The notes: generated from the letters alone by a model not told the origin. A DNA stretch of 64,000 bases from Chitinivibrionales bacterium (GCA_038247415.1 JBBRUX010000013.1:13020-77019); one strand, 5' to 3'; positions 1 to 9,309 are shown, numbered from the stretch's first letter. A program made the numbers and translations.

Positions 1-2529
1 AAGCCCCCACTCACGCATTGTCGAACGCGAAGATGGGTCTTCTTCGTAATCGTAGGTATATTTATACGCATAATAGCGATAATAACCATAATAATAAGGA
101 TAGTACCCACGGGAATGAGATATCCCATTAAGGATAGTACCAATAACATTAGAATTCAATTGCTTCAATTGTGCTTTCGCCTGTTGTGCTGCACGAATGG
201 GAGTCCAGAGCGTTCGTGACACCATAAGAACAGCATCCATACGGGGAGCCATAGCTAGGGCGTCGGATACAGGGAGCAGCGCAGGTGAATCGAATATGAC
301 TAAATCAGCACGCTTTTTAAATTCTTCTATCAACTCATCAAAGCGTGGCGTTCCAAGGAGTTCGGTAGGATTTATCGGACGATCCCCTGCTGTAACAACT
401 TTTAAATTTTCTTGACGCGCTGGTTTTAATGCCGATGCGACATCGATTGTACCAAGCAGCAATTCGGCAAGTCCCCCTTCTTTGGGAATAGACAAAACAG
501 AATGAAGCTGTGGCCTTCGTAAATCGCCATCTATGAGGATCACTTTTTTGCCATCTGCTGCAAAACTAATAGCTAGGTTAATAGCAATAGTAGTTTTCCC
601 TTCACCTTTAACGGGACTGCAAAAAATAAGCGTCTTGATTTTATGGATAACAAGTAGATGCTTAATTGACGCTCGCAAAGCTCTAAATGGTTCTAGTCGG
701 GTTTTGCCTACCTCCGATTCAAAGTCGAGGACAACATTTTCCCCCTCAATCTGTGGAATCATTCCTAACAAGGGAACTTCTAGCAGCCGCTCCACATCCT
801 TGGGATCTTTAATTGTTTGATCGAGGTACTCTAAGAGGAACGCTAAAGCAACGCCTAAAATAAGGCCCACAATAAAGCCAACAAAGAGCTGAGTTGATTT
901 TGCCGTCGTGATGGCACCTGTGGGTGTTGGTGCCAGTTCAAGAATTTTAAGATCACTTTCTTGCGAATCTCGCTTTATTTTTGCTTTTTCATATTGTGTT
1001 TGCAAGAGAGAGAGAGCTGCAATAAGTGATTCTGTTTCTCTTTGTAACGTGATATACTGTTGCTCGGTAGCGGGAAGTTTTACTTTCTGATCATCGAGAC
1101 CGATTTTGAGTTTTTCCTGTGCCGCAAGCTTCGCATCGAGTGTTGCTTTTTCTATGGTTAGGCTCACGATACTCTGAATGAGATTTTCCCGAATTGGATT
1201 TTTGGTAAGCGTTTTAGACCGGATGGTTTTAGAAACCTCAGAACTAAGAATCTCTCGCATTTTCTCGATTTGCTTTTTGACCATTTGTACTTTAAAATGA
1301 TCGGGGCCGTATTCTGCTAATAATGTATTAAGCTGAAATTCAAGATCGGCGAGCTGATTCTGATAGGGATTACTATAGGTAACCGATTGGACAACACTGA
1401 TATCCTGTTCGTTAATTTCTCGTTTGATAGAGACAAATCGCTGTTTATTATCGATCAGCGCAAGCTGAGATGATTGCACAGCCTGGTCTATCTCGTTATA
1501 CCTGCCTTCAACTGCCGAAGCTCCTCTGGATAATTCAACAATATGATTATCTTCTTTAAAACGTCTAAAGGTATCTTCTCGATCTTTAAGATCGGCCTTA
1601 ACTTTTGCGATTTGGTCTTCGAATTTAACAATCATACGCGTAATATCTTGAGCATTCACTTCTTGAATATGAGCAAGATACGATTGACACAAGGTATTTA
1701 CAACATCGCGCGCAATCTCAGGACTGCCATGTTTATAATACACTTCTATAATGTTGTTGGTCTCGGTCCCGGTCGTCCCCCGCTCTATGGTAAGACCACC
1801 AGGAATTGCCTCAGGTGCAATTTTATTATCCAAACTTTCTGAAACGCGTCGTAGAACTTCATGGTTTGTTGCAAGCAAATCCAGATGCGTGCTTATTTTT
1901 TTCTCGGTTGAACCCCATATATCCCAAGGAATAGAGTTTTCGCCCATAAGCTCCTGATACCCAGGAGTAAACAGAAGCCTTGCATGTGCCTTATAATATT
2001 TTGCAGCTGTAAAATACCCATGCATCGAGATTGCTCCACCAATAAGCAAAGCAAGGATAATAAGAACTTTACGTCTTAAGAGTACACTTAAATAGCGATA
2101 GATATCGAATGCATCTTCATCCTGATCGGCTGCTAAAAACGTATCTCCCGATCCCGGCGGCACAGGAGTGCCTGTGCCCCGTACCATCTGCGCTTGTGCG
2201 ACTTCAACCGATTCCTTGAGTGGGGGATCTTCAAAGGGCGGAATATCCGCTCTGCTGGATGACTTGGAATCTTGCACATGCTCGTTGTTATAGGAAGGTG
2301 GAGCTACAAAAGTTTCTGATGCAACAAAGTGCTCTGTTTTTTCAGAGCGTTCATACAAACGTCGCGCGATTGGCGAATGTGGCCTACTCGGGGGATTTTC
2401 TTGAATGGGGGCATCGATAGGGCTTGGCGCTAAAGACGATAGCTCTGTAGTAGGCGAGGAACTTTGAGCAGGTCCAAGCTTACGAACAATATCGCCAAGG
2501 CGAAATTTCTTTTTAGGAGGCTCTTCCAT
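1..2529 (-). CDS. wzc: Polysaccharide co-polymerase / BY tyrosine kinase (Wzc-like), 3' end outside window
   Basis: Not in the ORF track because there is no stop in the window. My manual translation from ATG 2529 (overlapping the TAA of the upstream ATPase) is open for 843 codons. It shows TM1 (FDIYRYLSVLLRRKVLIILALLIGG), coiled coils, TM2 (GLILGVALAFLLEYLD), Walker A SPVKGEGKTT, A' LIDGDLRRP, Walker B VIFDSP and a C-terminal Tyr cluster. Confidence 0.92.
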   Translation of the reverse strand, partial: MEEPPKKKFRLGDIVRKLGPAQSSSPTTELSSLAPSPIDAPIQENPPSRPHSPIARRLYERSEKTEHFVASETFVAPPSYNNEHVQDSKSSSRADIPPFEDPPLKESVEVAQAQMVRGTGTPVPPGSGDTFLAADQDEDAFDIYRYLSVLLRRKVLIILALLIGGAISMHGYFTAAKYYKAHARLLFTPGYQELMGENSIPWDIWGSTEKKISTHLDLLATNHEVLRRVSESLDNKIAPEAIPGGLTIERGTTGTETNNIIEVYYKHGSPEIARDVVNTLCQSYLAHIQEVNAQDITRMIVKFEDQIAKVKADLKDREDTFRRFKEDNHIVELSRGASAVEGRYNEIDQAVQSSQLALIDNKQRFVSIKREINEQDISVVQSVTYSNPYQNQLADLEFQLNTLLAEYGPDHFKVQMVKKQIEKMREILSSEVSKTIRSKTLTKNPIRENLIQSIVSLTIEKATLDAKLAAQEKLKIGLDDQKVKLPATEQQYITLQRETESLIAALSLLQTQYEKAKIKRDSQESDLKILELAPTPTGAITTAKSTQLFVGFIVGLILGVALAFLLEYLDQTIKDPKDVERLLEVPLLGMIPQIEGENVVLDFESEVGKTRLEPFRALRASIKHLLVIHKIKTLIFCSPVKGEGKTTIAINLAISFAADGKKVILIDGDLRRPQLHSVLSIPKEGGLAELLLGTIDVASALKPARQENLKVVTAGDRPINPTELLGTPRFDELIEEFKKRADLVIFDSPALLPVSDALAMAPRMDAVLMVSRTLWTPIRAAQQAKAQLKQLNSNVIGTILNGISHSRGYYPYYYGYYRYYAYKYTYDYEEDPSSRSTMREWGL

Positions 2530-3380
2530 TATGCATTGGTCCGTAGATCATCTATGATAACTGCAACATCTTCATGCGATAGCTCGGAAAGATTTTGCGC
2601 AAATCCATAGTTAAGCGCTAATTTGCACAATCGATTGATCTCACGAGGAATACCCCCCGTTGCCCGAAAAATCGCTTCGAATGCCGATGACGTAAATGGG
2701 CCAGCGTGAATACTTCCAGCGATACGCAATCGGTGTTGGATATATTTGCACGTATTATTAAAATCGAGATTATTAAGATGAAAACGCAAAAAGATACGCT
2801 GATCAACTTGACGTAAAATGCGAATATTTTCTCGGAGTTCTGGTTGACCAATAAGAAAAATAGTAAGGTAGGTTTGTGTCTCGGAAGAAATATTGGTAAG
2901 ATTTTTTATCTCATCGAGAACCTTAGATTCAATTTGTTGTGCTTCATCAAATATTAGCACTAAATGACGTTTATCTTCGTATACCAAGGTTTCTACTATC
3001 TTTTTAAACAGCGCCATAAGCATAAATGAATCGCCGCGGCGTGGTGCATCGAAGGAGGCGGATAAACCAATACGGGCATCTCTGAAGGTAATACGACGAC
3101 AAATATCAAAAAGTAAATCGGAAAAAGAGAAATTAGAATTTTCGAAACTTATTACTTCAAAATCATGACGTGGTAAAGAAGAACACACCACATTTTTGGT
3201 AATAGTCTTTCCAGAACCAACTTCTCCGGTAAGTAAACCCATATTCATAGAGCGATCGTTCACCACATAGAGCATGCGATCGAGAGCTTCTCTATGATCA
3301 TCGCTCTCAAAGAAAAAGCGCGTATCCCCAAGCTCTTCGAAGGGTTTATCGCGTAAATTCCAGTATTTGATATATCCCAT
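2529..3380 (-). CDS. ExeA-like AAA ATPase (type associated with EPS/secretion loci)
   Basis: N-terminal Y..YWNLRDKPF, Walker A GEVGSGKT, Walker B LIFDEAQ, LIGQPEL, GGIPREINRLC. Start moved to the ATG at 3380 (MGYIKY), which has an upstream AGG. Confidence 0.85.
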   Translation of the reverse strand: MGYIKYWNLRDKPFEELGDTRFFFESDDHREALDRMLYVVNDRSMNMGLLTGEVGSGKTITKNVVCSSLPRHDFEVISFENSNFSFSDLLFDICRRITFRDARIGLSASFDAPRRGDSFMLMALFKKIVETLVYEDKRHLVLIFDEAQQIESKVLDEIKNLTNISSETQTYLTIFLIGQPELRENIRILRQVDQRIFLRFHLNNLDFNNTCKYIQHRLRIAGSIHAGPFTSSAFEAIFRATGGIPREINRLCKLALNYGFAQNLSELSHEDVAVIIDDLRTNA

Positions 3381-3391
3381 AGGTACCTGCT

Positions 3392-4351
3392 TTATCGCGT
3401 GAGTGCAATAAGATTGTTGACAATAACAGAATAGCACTCCATGACTGCCGATGCTTTGCGCCCACTCACCAAAGGAACGCCGTCATTTCCAGATTCACGA
3501 ACCTCATGGGACCAGGGAAGATACCCAATATACTGGGCCGAAATTCCAAGGTAGGTCGCAACGGTCTCGATGAAACGCTTGGTTCGATTTATATCATCCT
3601 GATGCCGTGCCATATTGACAACAACAAATGGCCTACGCTTTAAAAGCCAGCTTCGCGCACTATCCGCCGCTGCTGCATCTGTTCTGCGCAGTGCCACAAT
3701 GCAATCGTTCATTGTTGCAAATTCTCCTGTAGAAAGTGGCGCTCCAAATTTACTGATAATAGCAACTGCTGCAGGCTGATGTATAAACAGTGCTTGTAAT
3801 CCACACACAATGCCATTCTTTAGATAGCAATATGCATTTTCTAGCGATACCGTTTGCCCGTCGGTAACTACGATCGCATACGGTGAAATACCGTAAAAAT
3901 CGGCGACATGAGATCCGGTTCCAGCGCCAAGATCAACAAGTATGTAATCTGCAATCAAGTTCTGTATCGATGCAATAAGTTTCTGCTTGGTTAAGCTATC
4001 TGGAGTAGTAGCTGCCAAGACATCACTAGCACCACTAATAAGCCACATCCCAGGAATTTTGGTTGCAACTTGACACGAAGCAAGGTTTGTTTGAGTGCCA
4101 AGAATGAAATCTTGCAGTCCTATACGTGGTCTTTTCGCTCCTACAAACAAATGAAGATTGGCGCCTCCAAAATCGGCATCCACAAGCCCTGCAGATCCAG
4201 TTTTTTTAGCAAGCATCGTAGCAATATTTGCTGCAAGGGTGCTTTTGCCAATGCCACCTTTTCCACCACCAACAGATAGTATAACGGGTTGTTTCATGGA
4301 TTGACTTATTGTGTGCTCTGGCACTGCTGCCAGAGTATTATCGGCTGCCAA
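3392..4351 (-). CDS. MinD/FlhG/ParA-family P-loop ATPase
   Basis: Deviant Walker A GGKGGIGKST, DADFGGANLH, LVDLGAGT, SLENAY, VVNMA. Confidence 0.85.
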   Translation of the reverse strand: MAADNTLAAVPEHTISQSMKQPVILSVGGGKGGIGKSTLAANIATMLAKKTGSAGLVDADFGGANLHLFVGAKRPRIGLQDFILGTQTNLASCQVATKIPGMWLISGASDVLAATTPDSLTKQKLIASIQNLIADYILVDLGAGTGSHVADFYGISPYAIVVTDGQTVSLENAYCYLKNGIVCGLQALFIHQPAAVAIISKFGAPLSTGEFATMNDCIVALRRTDAAAADSARSWLLKRRPFVVVNMARHQDDINRTKRFIETVATYLGISAQYIGYLPWSHEVRESGNDGVPLVSGRKASAVMECYSVIVNNLIALTR

Positions 4352-5015
4352 GACTCATGATTGTCAAATACAAGCCCAGCGAAACACTGATAACACCCAA
4401 AACTGTTGAAATCATTGCCCACGGTATCGAAAACGAGGTTGGAACATACAACGTATCCCCAGGATACAGAACCCACCGTTTATTATCTCGGCGACTTTCG
4501 GTTCCCCAAAAGCCAACCATCGGGATTTGAACTACATTACCATCGGCACGGATAATTTTAATTGACTTAACTTTTGTATTGGTCAAACCGCCTGCCAAAA
4601 TAATTGCCTTCATGACATCGATAGGCTCGTAAATTTCGAATTCGCCAGTACGACCAACAGCACCTATTATATAAACACGATTCGAATAATATGCCTCTAT
4701 GGATACCGAAACAACAGGATTGTTGACGTAGGAAGCAAGCTTGCCCTGCATAATTTTGACAAGCTGCGCACAGGAAAGAGATGCAACATCAAGCTCGCCA
4801 ATAACCGGATAGTTGATACGACCATCAGGGCGTATCTTGTGCCTACCAGAAAATTCGGGATGCTCAACAACCGAAACAGAGATTACGTCACCTGGCTTAA
4901 GTATGTATTCTTCGGCTTGTGAATAGGCACTTTTAGGCACAAAACAAAGCGCCCCAAGCACGAGAGCCCAGTTGATATAACGTATCAGTAAAGTGCTCGC
5001 TAAAAAACGCTGCAA
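4338..5015 (-). CDS. Polysaccharide export protein (short OPX/Wza-like; Poly_export + SLBB)
   Basis: EYILKPGDVISVSV, IRPDGRINYPVIGEL, VYIIGAVGRTG, AGGLT, LYPGDTLYVP. Sec signal (AYS-QA) and a hydrophobic C-terminal helix. Confidence 0.88.
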   Translation of the reverse strand: MQRFLASTLLIRYINWALVLGALCFVPKSAYSQAEEYILKPGDVISVSVVEHPEFSGRHKIRPDGRINYPVIGELDVASLSCAQLVKIMQGKLASYVNNPVVSVSIEAYYSNRVYIIGAVGRTGEFEIYEPIDVMKAIILAGGLTNTKVKSIKIIRADGNVVQIPMVGFWGTESRRDNKRWVLYPGDTLYVPTSFSIPWAMISTVLGVISVSLGLYLTIMSLGSR

Positions 5016-5206
5016 ACAGATGCTCCCTGGTGATACTCCTGCTACTTACAGCAGCGTGAGAATCGCATTAATAAATATTTATTGTATACCACTATAATAT
5101 AAATCAGTTAGACGCATTTCAAAGAAGTTTTGCTTCTTTTCTAATACTCCCGTTACAGCGTGTGAACATACTTCGCATTAATCGTTTCTCATTTGCTAAA
5201 AATTCT

Positions 5207-7981
5207 CTAAAAAAGGCAGGTCAGGTGCAAGCCCCCCATGGGTGCTGTATAAGTATCGGTGCTGCCTGTTGTTTGATCTGCACTTTTTTCGTATCGAATT
5301 AAAAGTCCCAGCGACATTTTGGGATTAAAATTGTACTTCGCCTCGGTTTCTACTGCGTAAAATCTGGTTACTGTAGTAGCATTCGTGCCCGAATCGCTTA
5401 CTTCTGAATCGGCCTTGTGAGAATATTCGCCATTTACATCCAATGACAAAACTCTCGGAATAACGTAAAATGTCGAATAATCCGCGATTTTATACGAGAG
5501 TCCTGAGAATGAATTTCTATTCTGGTGCTTTGTAGCAATTCGACCAGAAATTCTATTTTTAAAGATTTTTTTAACACGAAAAGAGGATCGAGCAGAAATC
5601 TGATGTTGAATTCCATCTCCGAGATTTTGCTGCGTTGCATCTGCATATGCGGTAAGATCATTATTAAAGAGAACCTGATATTTAATGCTATAATCTGAAT
5701 TATTTTCGAATTTTTGCTTGGCTTCTAAACCAATTTGGTTATCAAATTGTTGCGTTGTTAATTTTTGAATCGCTTCGACCGAGTCCCCTTGCGGGATATA
5801 ATTCTCACGTGTTAAACTGTTTTCAAATGATCCCGTATACTCAAGCGATAAAGCTGGCACTCGTCCCTTCTGCGTAAGTTCGCCGCTTGCCGATAGCGTG
5901 TTACGATCTACAGGAGATCCAGTCCCCTGCTCTAAATCAAATACCTGTGATTTTGATCTTCGCTCATACGAATAATTAACCGTAGCAGAAATATCTTCGG
6001 TAACCTGTTTGTCATCTGCAAGAGCAATAACCCTGCGATCTGGTTCTAAATATGGATTTCCTGCCGAAAAGTAGCGAGGCCCAATGGTTGTGTATGATCC
6101 ACTGAGGGCATGGCCTTTATAGGTTCCCACGGCATTAAACGAGAGCGCGTAATTTTTTCCAGTACCTATCGATCCAAACACCGAGGGTATTGCTTTGTTT
6201 ACTTGAGGATTATACCAAGCGATTGCATTTGCCTCATCGATACTGCTTGTATCCAGAGTATCATGATTGCCCATATCGATTTCTCCGGTAAGAGCAAGAG
6301 CTCCTCCCAAAAGATTAACAGTAGCATCGATACATCCGGTTTGTGCGCGTACCGGCAATGGCGCTAATGGATCGGTAATGACTTTTCTAAAAATTGGATT
6401 GTGCGTCTGATCGCGCGAAATAATCCCTTTAACATTGATAGTAGTAAAAAGGTTTGGCTTAATTGCAAGCCCGGCTACATAGGTTATTTGTTGACGCAAA
6501 GACATTCCAGAATCTACCGTATTGTTATATATTGACAAATCGTGATCTCCGGTATCCTTGGCTACTTCTGTTTCTCCTCCAGAAAGCTTAAATGACAACA
6601 AATTAGAACCGCGACCGATAGGCATAAATTCTCCGGAATACTGTAACCCGGTAATTTTTCGACCAGCAATAGAGGTCTCGGATCCATTCTCGAAAAAGTC
6701 CCCAAGCACAAGGTGCTGCGCCTGGTAATTAGCAGAGAGATTAACCATGTTCTTTTTAACATGGAGAGGAAGATCTACCCATTGATTTCCATATAAGTCA
6801 ACCAGAAGATTGATATCAGCATTCTGCTGACGGCCGCTGGTAAAAATTTGCAGCTCGGGTTGAAATCCGTCTATAGCCGCCGGGCCCTCGGGGTATCGTG
6901 TTTGCAAAGAACCATCGGGATTGGATGAAGTGGCTTTATAATAGCGAAATCCGGTGGTAACATTACCCATGAAGCTTACGGTTTGTTCACGCTGTGCTGC
7001 AAGGGCCGAAAATCCTGGAGTAAATCCATCTGCAAGAGAAATTGCTCCATTTGACTTTGGGAGAGCAAGTGTATGAACTGGTTCTGGCGGCTTAGCGAGC
7101 ACTTCAAATTTTTCGGGCGTTTCTACCGAAGCATCTACAAGATTATCATACACCATTTCCAAAAGCTTTTTGGGCCAAGCCCGTTGCGTCACAACCCCTT
7201 TGCCATTGTGTATAATATCGGCGCCAATAATTGCAATACGCGATTGTTCTGCAGCTACCACCCCTGTCCCATTACCTTTAATCACACCACCCATAAGCGT
7301 AAGATCGCTTTGGGAAGCGCACACAAGAGCCGTTGTATTATCGAATATCTTTAAACTCTCTGCCTTTACAACTGCGCCAGCAAGGAGGAGGAGCGCTTGC
7401 ACATGCCCTTTGTAAAACGAACTTCTTTGAATGCTAACTTCGGCATTGCGAACAACAAGTCCGCACAGCGAATTCGCCCTAAATTCGCACCCGTCAAACG
7501 ATGCAGAGCCATTTTCTACATACACACCATAATTTGCATGCTCAATAACACACCCTTCAAAAACAGACCGGGCTTTAGACCGACAATAAATTCGATCCCA
7601 GTCCCATGGATCGGGGTCTTTTTTTGCAGAGCGGATTACTACAGGATCGGTACTCGTTCCATTGACAAGCATTTGTCCAAAAACAGTAATGGTAGAGTAC
7701 TTTCCGCCCACAAAGATTCTGCACCCAGAGCCAAAGATTAGTTTTTCTCCCGATGGAACAATAATGCTGCCCTCGATCAAATAAGGGCCATTTTCTTTTG
7801 TAAAATTCCCAAACAATAAACCTGCCGGAATAATTGTCTGATAGACTGTTGGCACAGAATCAGCTTCTTTAGCAATCATGCTGACAAACTTGGTTTCAAG
7901 AGCCATACCCGTTGAAGCCATCATTACAATGATGCCCCAGACATATACCACTTGGAACCACGCCCGCGTACCTTTATACAT
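5207..7981 (-). CDS. Exported protein: N-terminal parallel beta-helix, C-terminal probable outer-membrane beta-barrel
   Basis: 924 aa with a signal-like N-terminus. Beta-helix repeats (GPYLIEGSIIVPSG...FEGCVIEHANYGV...FRANSLCG). The C-terminal half has alternating beta-strand patterns and ends GGLHLTCLF (terminal Phe). Confidence 0.6.
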   Translation of the reverse strand: MYKGTRAWFQVVYVWGIIVMMASTGMALETKFVSMIAKEADSVPTVYQTIIPAGLLFGNFTKENGPYLIEGSIIVPSGEKLIFGSGCRIFVGGKYSTITVFGQMLVNGTSTDPVVIRSAKKDPDPWDWDRIYCRSKARSVFEGCVIEHANYGVYVENGSASFDGCEFRANSLCGLVVRNAEVSIQRSSFYKGHVQALLLLAGAVVKAESLKIFDNTTALVCASQSDLTLMGGVIKGNGTGVVAAEQSRIAIIGADIIHNGKGVVTQRAWPKKLLEMVYDNLVDASVETPEKFEVLAKPPEPVHTLALPKSNGAISLADGFTPGFSALAAQREQTVSFMGNVTTGFRYYKATSSNPDGSLQTRYPEGPAAIDGFQPELQIFTSGRQQNADINLLVDLYGNQWVDLPLHVKKNMVNLSANYQAQHLVLGDFFENGSETSIAGRKITGLQYSGEFMPIGRGSNLLSFKLSGGETEVAKDTGDHDLSIYNNTVDSGMSLRQQITYVAGLAIKPNLFTTINVKGIISRDQTHNPIFRKVITDPLAPLPVRAQTGCIDATVNLLGGALALTGEIDMGNHDTLDTSSIDEANAIAWYNPQVNKAIPSVFGSIGTGKNYALSFNAVGTYKGHALSGSYTTIGPRYFSAGNPYLEPDRRVIALADDKQVTEDISATVNYSYERRSKSQVFDLEQGTGSPVDRNTLSASGELTQKGRVPALSLEYTGSFENSLTRENYIPQGDSVEAIQKLTTQQFDNQIGLEAKQKFENNSDYSIKYQVLFNNDLTAYADATQQNLGDGIQHQISARSSFRVKKIFKNRISGRIATKHQNRNSFSGLSYKIADYSTFYVIPRVLSLDVNGEYSHKADSEVSDSGTNATTVTRFYAVETEAKYNFNPKMSLGLLIRYEKSADQTTGSTDTYTAPMGGLHLTCLF

Positions 7982-8029
7982 GCAATTCCCCTTATTAAAG
8001 ACTTACTTCATAACGCACGATACAGTTTT

Positions 8030-8605
8030 TTACCAGGCTTCACCTGTTGGTGTGCTCACCACAAACGTGGGCGAACCCTTGCTCTTAGTAGCAACTTCCC
8101 CAACAAGAAATACACGTTCACCTACACTCGATAAAAAGCCCGCATACACTTTATTTTCTAACGGAAGAATTTCTAATGCTTCGCTCTTCGACCGACATAC
8201 CATCTCGCCATTAACAAAGCGCATATACACTGAAGCTGTGCTATCATATATAACTACACATAAACCTCGGCTCTTGATATGTGCCGTTCCGTTGACAAGA
8301 CTAAAAATCAAAGTATCGGGATGTCTGTGCTGCAAAACAACTATTGTATTTTCAGATACTTGGGCCCATCCTTGATCCCAAGCAATCCGAATTCCAGACT
8401 CCGCTTTGGTGCTTATGCAATCACCTTGTTTAATAACGCTGCCCACAGAGAGCGCCTTTACCTGTGGAGCTCCCTTATGACTCCCAGTCACCACACCAAC
8501 AATCGACTTTACAAATATGTCTTGAGCATGTGTAAGAGTCCATCCCGCAAGGAGCCAAGTGATTGCTTTTATAAGAAGTTTGTACCTGCAAAAAAACCTC
8601 TTCAT
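8030..8605 (-). CDS. FecR-like domain protein
   Basis: Signal peptide, then LSVGSVIKQGDCISTKAES, VSENTIV, SLVNG and FVVSTPTG, which resemble FecR-domain motifs. Confidence 0.55.
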   Translation of the reverse strand: MKRFFCRYKLLIKAITWLLAGWTLTHAQDIFVKSIVGVVTGSHKGAPQVKALSVGSVIKQGDCISTKAESGIRIAWDQGWAQVSENTIVVLQHRHPDTLIFSLVNGTAHIKSRGLCVVIYDSTASVYMRFVNGEMVCRSKSEALEILPLENKVYAGFLSSVGERVFLVGEVATKSKGSPTFVVSTPTGEAW

Positions 8606-8646
8606 CCACCTAACTCCTCAGTTCACAGAGAGATACCAATCTGTTT

Positions 8647-8676
8647 ATTCTACTATCAGTGGTTTAAAAGGGTCAA
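8647..8676 (-). promoter_or_regulatory. Putative sigma70 promoter of the fecR-like/EPS export operon
   Basis: TTGACC-18 bp-TAGAAT on the minus strand, about 40 bp upstream of ATG 8605. Confidence 0.5.
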
Positions 8677-8759
8677 CATAACCCTGCTCATGACCACGGA
8701 GTGCAGATATATATTTTTATCCAGATTATCCCGAATCATTATTAGCTTAAGGTACAATC

Positions 8760-9234
8760 ATGAATTTTCTGCTTATAGGTATTTTTGTTCTTGGATATGC
8801 GTTTATCGCCTTTGAATCACCTTTAAAGATTAATAAAGCTGCTATTGTTTTGCTAACTGCGGGCATTCTTTGGACATTGCTATCATTTTCCCATTCCGGC
8901 CACGAGACCACGCTTCATGCGCTGGATCGATGGACGCATAACAACGCAAAACATTATTTCTGAAACCTTTTTGCCTCCGCTGGCCTGCCTTATTGTGCCT
9001 TTAGCGCTTGCCACATTTTTATGTAGGCCTGGGTCAGTTATGCTCTCCCGGGAAGTCCAACCACTTGTCACGATGACTTCCCATCAGAACACACAATCGG
9101 ATGGGCCGTTGCCACTCATACTTCTTATCCTCGGCATTGGGGTACTCCTTATGGTTCCTGTTTTCAAGGCGCTGACAGGACTTCCTCCCTATATTGGTAT
9201 AGTGTGCGGGCTTGGAATTTTTTTGGTATTGTAA
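8760..9234 (+). pseudogene. nhaD: NhaD-type Na+/H+ antiporter remnant (internal deletion, frameshift, 3' truncation)
   Basis: Fragment 1 (IFVLGYAFIAFESPLKINKAA) matches the NhaD N-terminus. Fragment 2, in another frame (WIDGRITTQNII..FLP..LIVPL; VPVFKALTGLPPYIG), matches the mid-protein region. Together they give about 160 aa of a protein normally over 400 aa. Confidence 0.75.
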
Positions 9235-9309
9235 ACTAATAGTGCCCTTGGCATTGTGCGGATATATAGCAGGTGCACTCGTTTTTATAGCAATGAAGTA
9301 GCCGCCTGC

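Noticed and set aside
95..141. 13-bp direct repeat TAAGGATAGTACC inside wzc
   Set aside because: Only two copies, within coding sequence and in different frames; likely chance.
197..2420. Short plus-strand ORFs in the track
   Set aside because: They are shadows of the minus-strand wzc gene.
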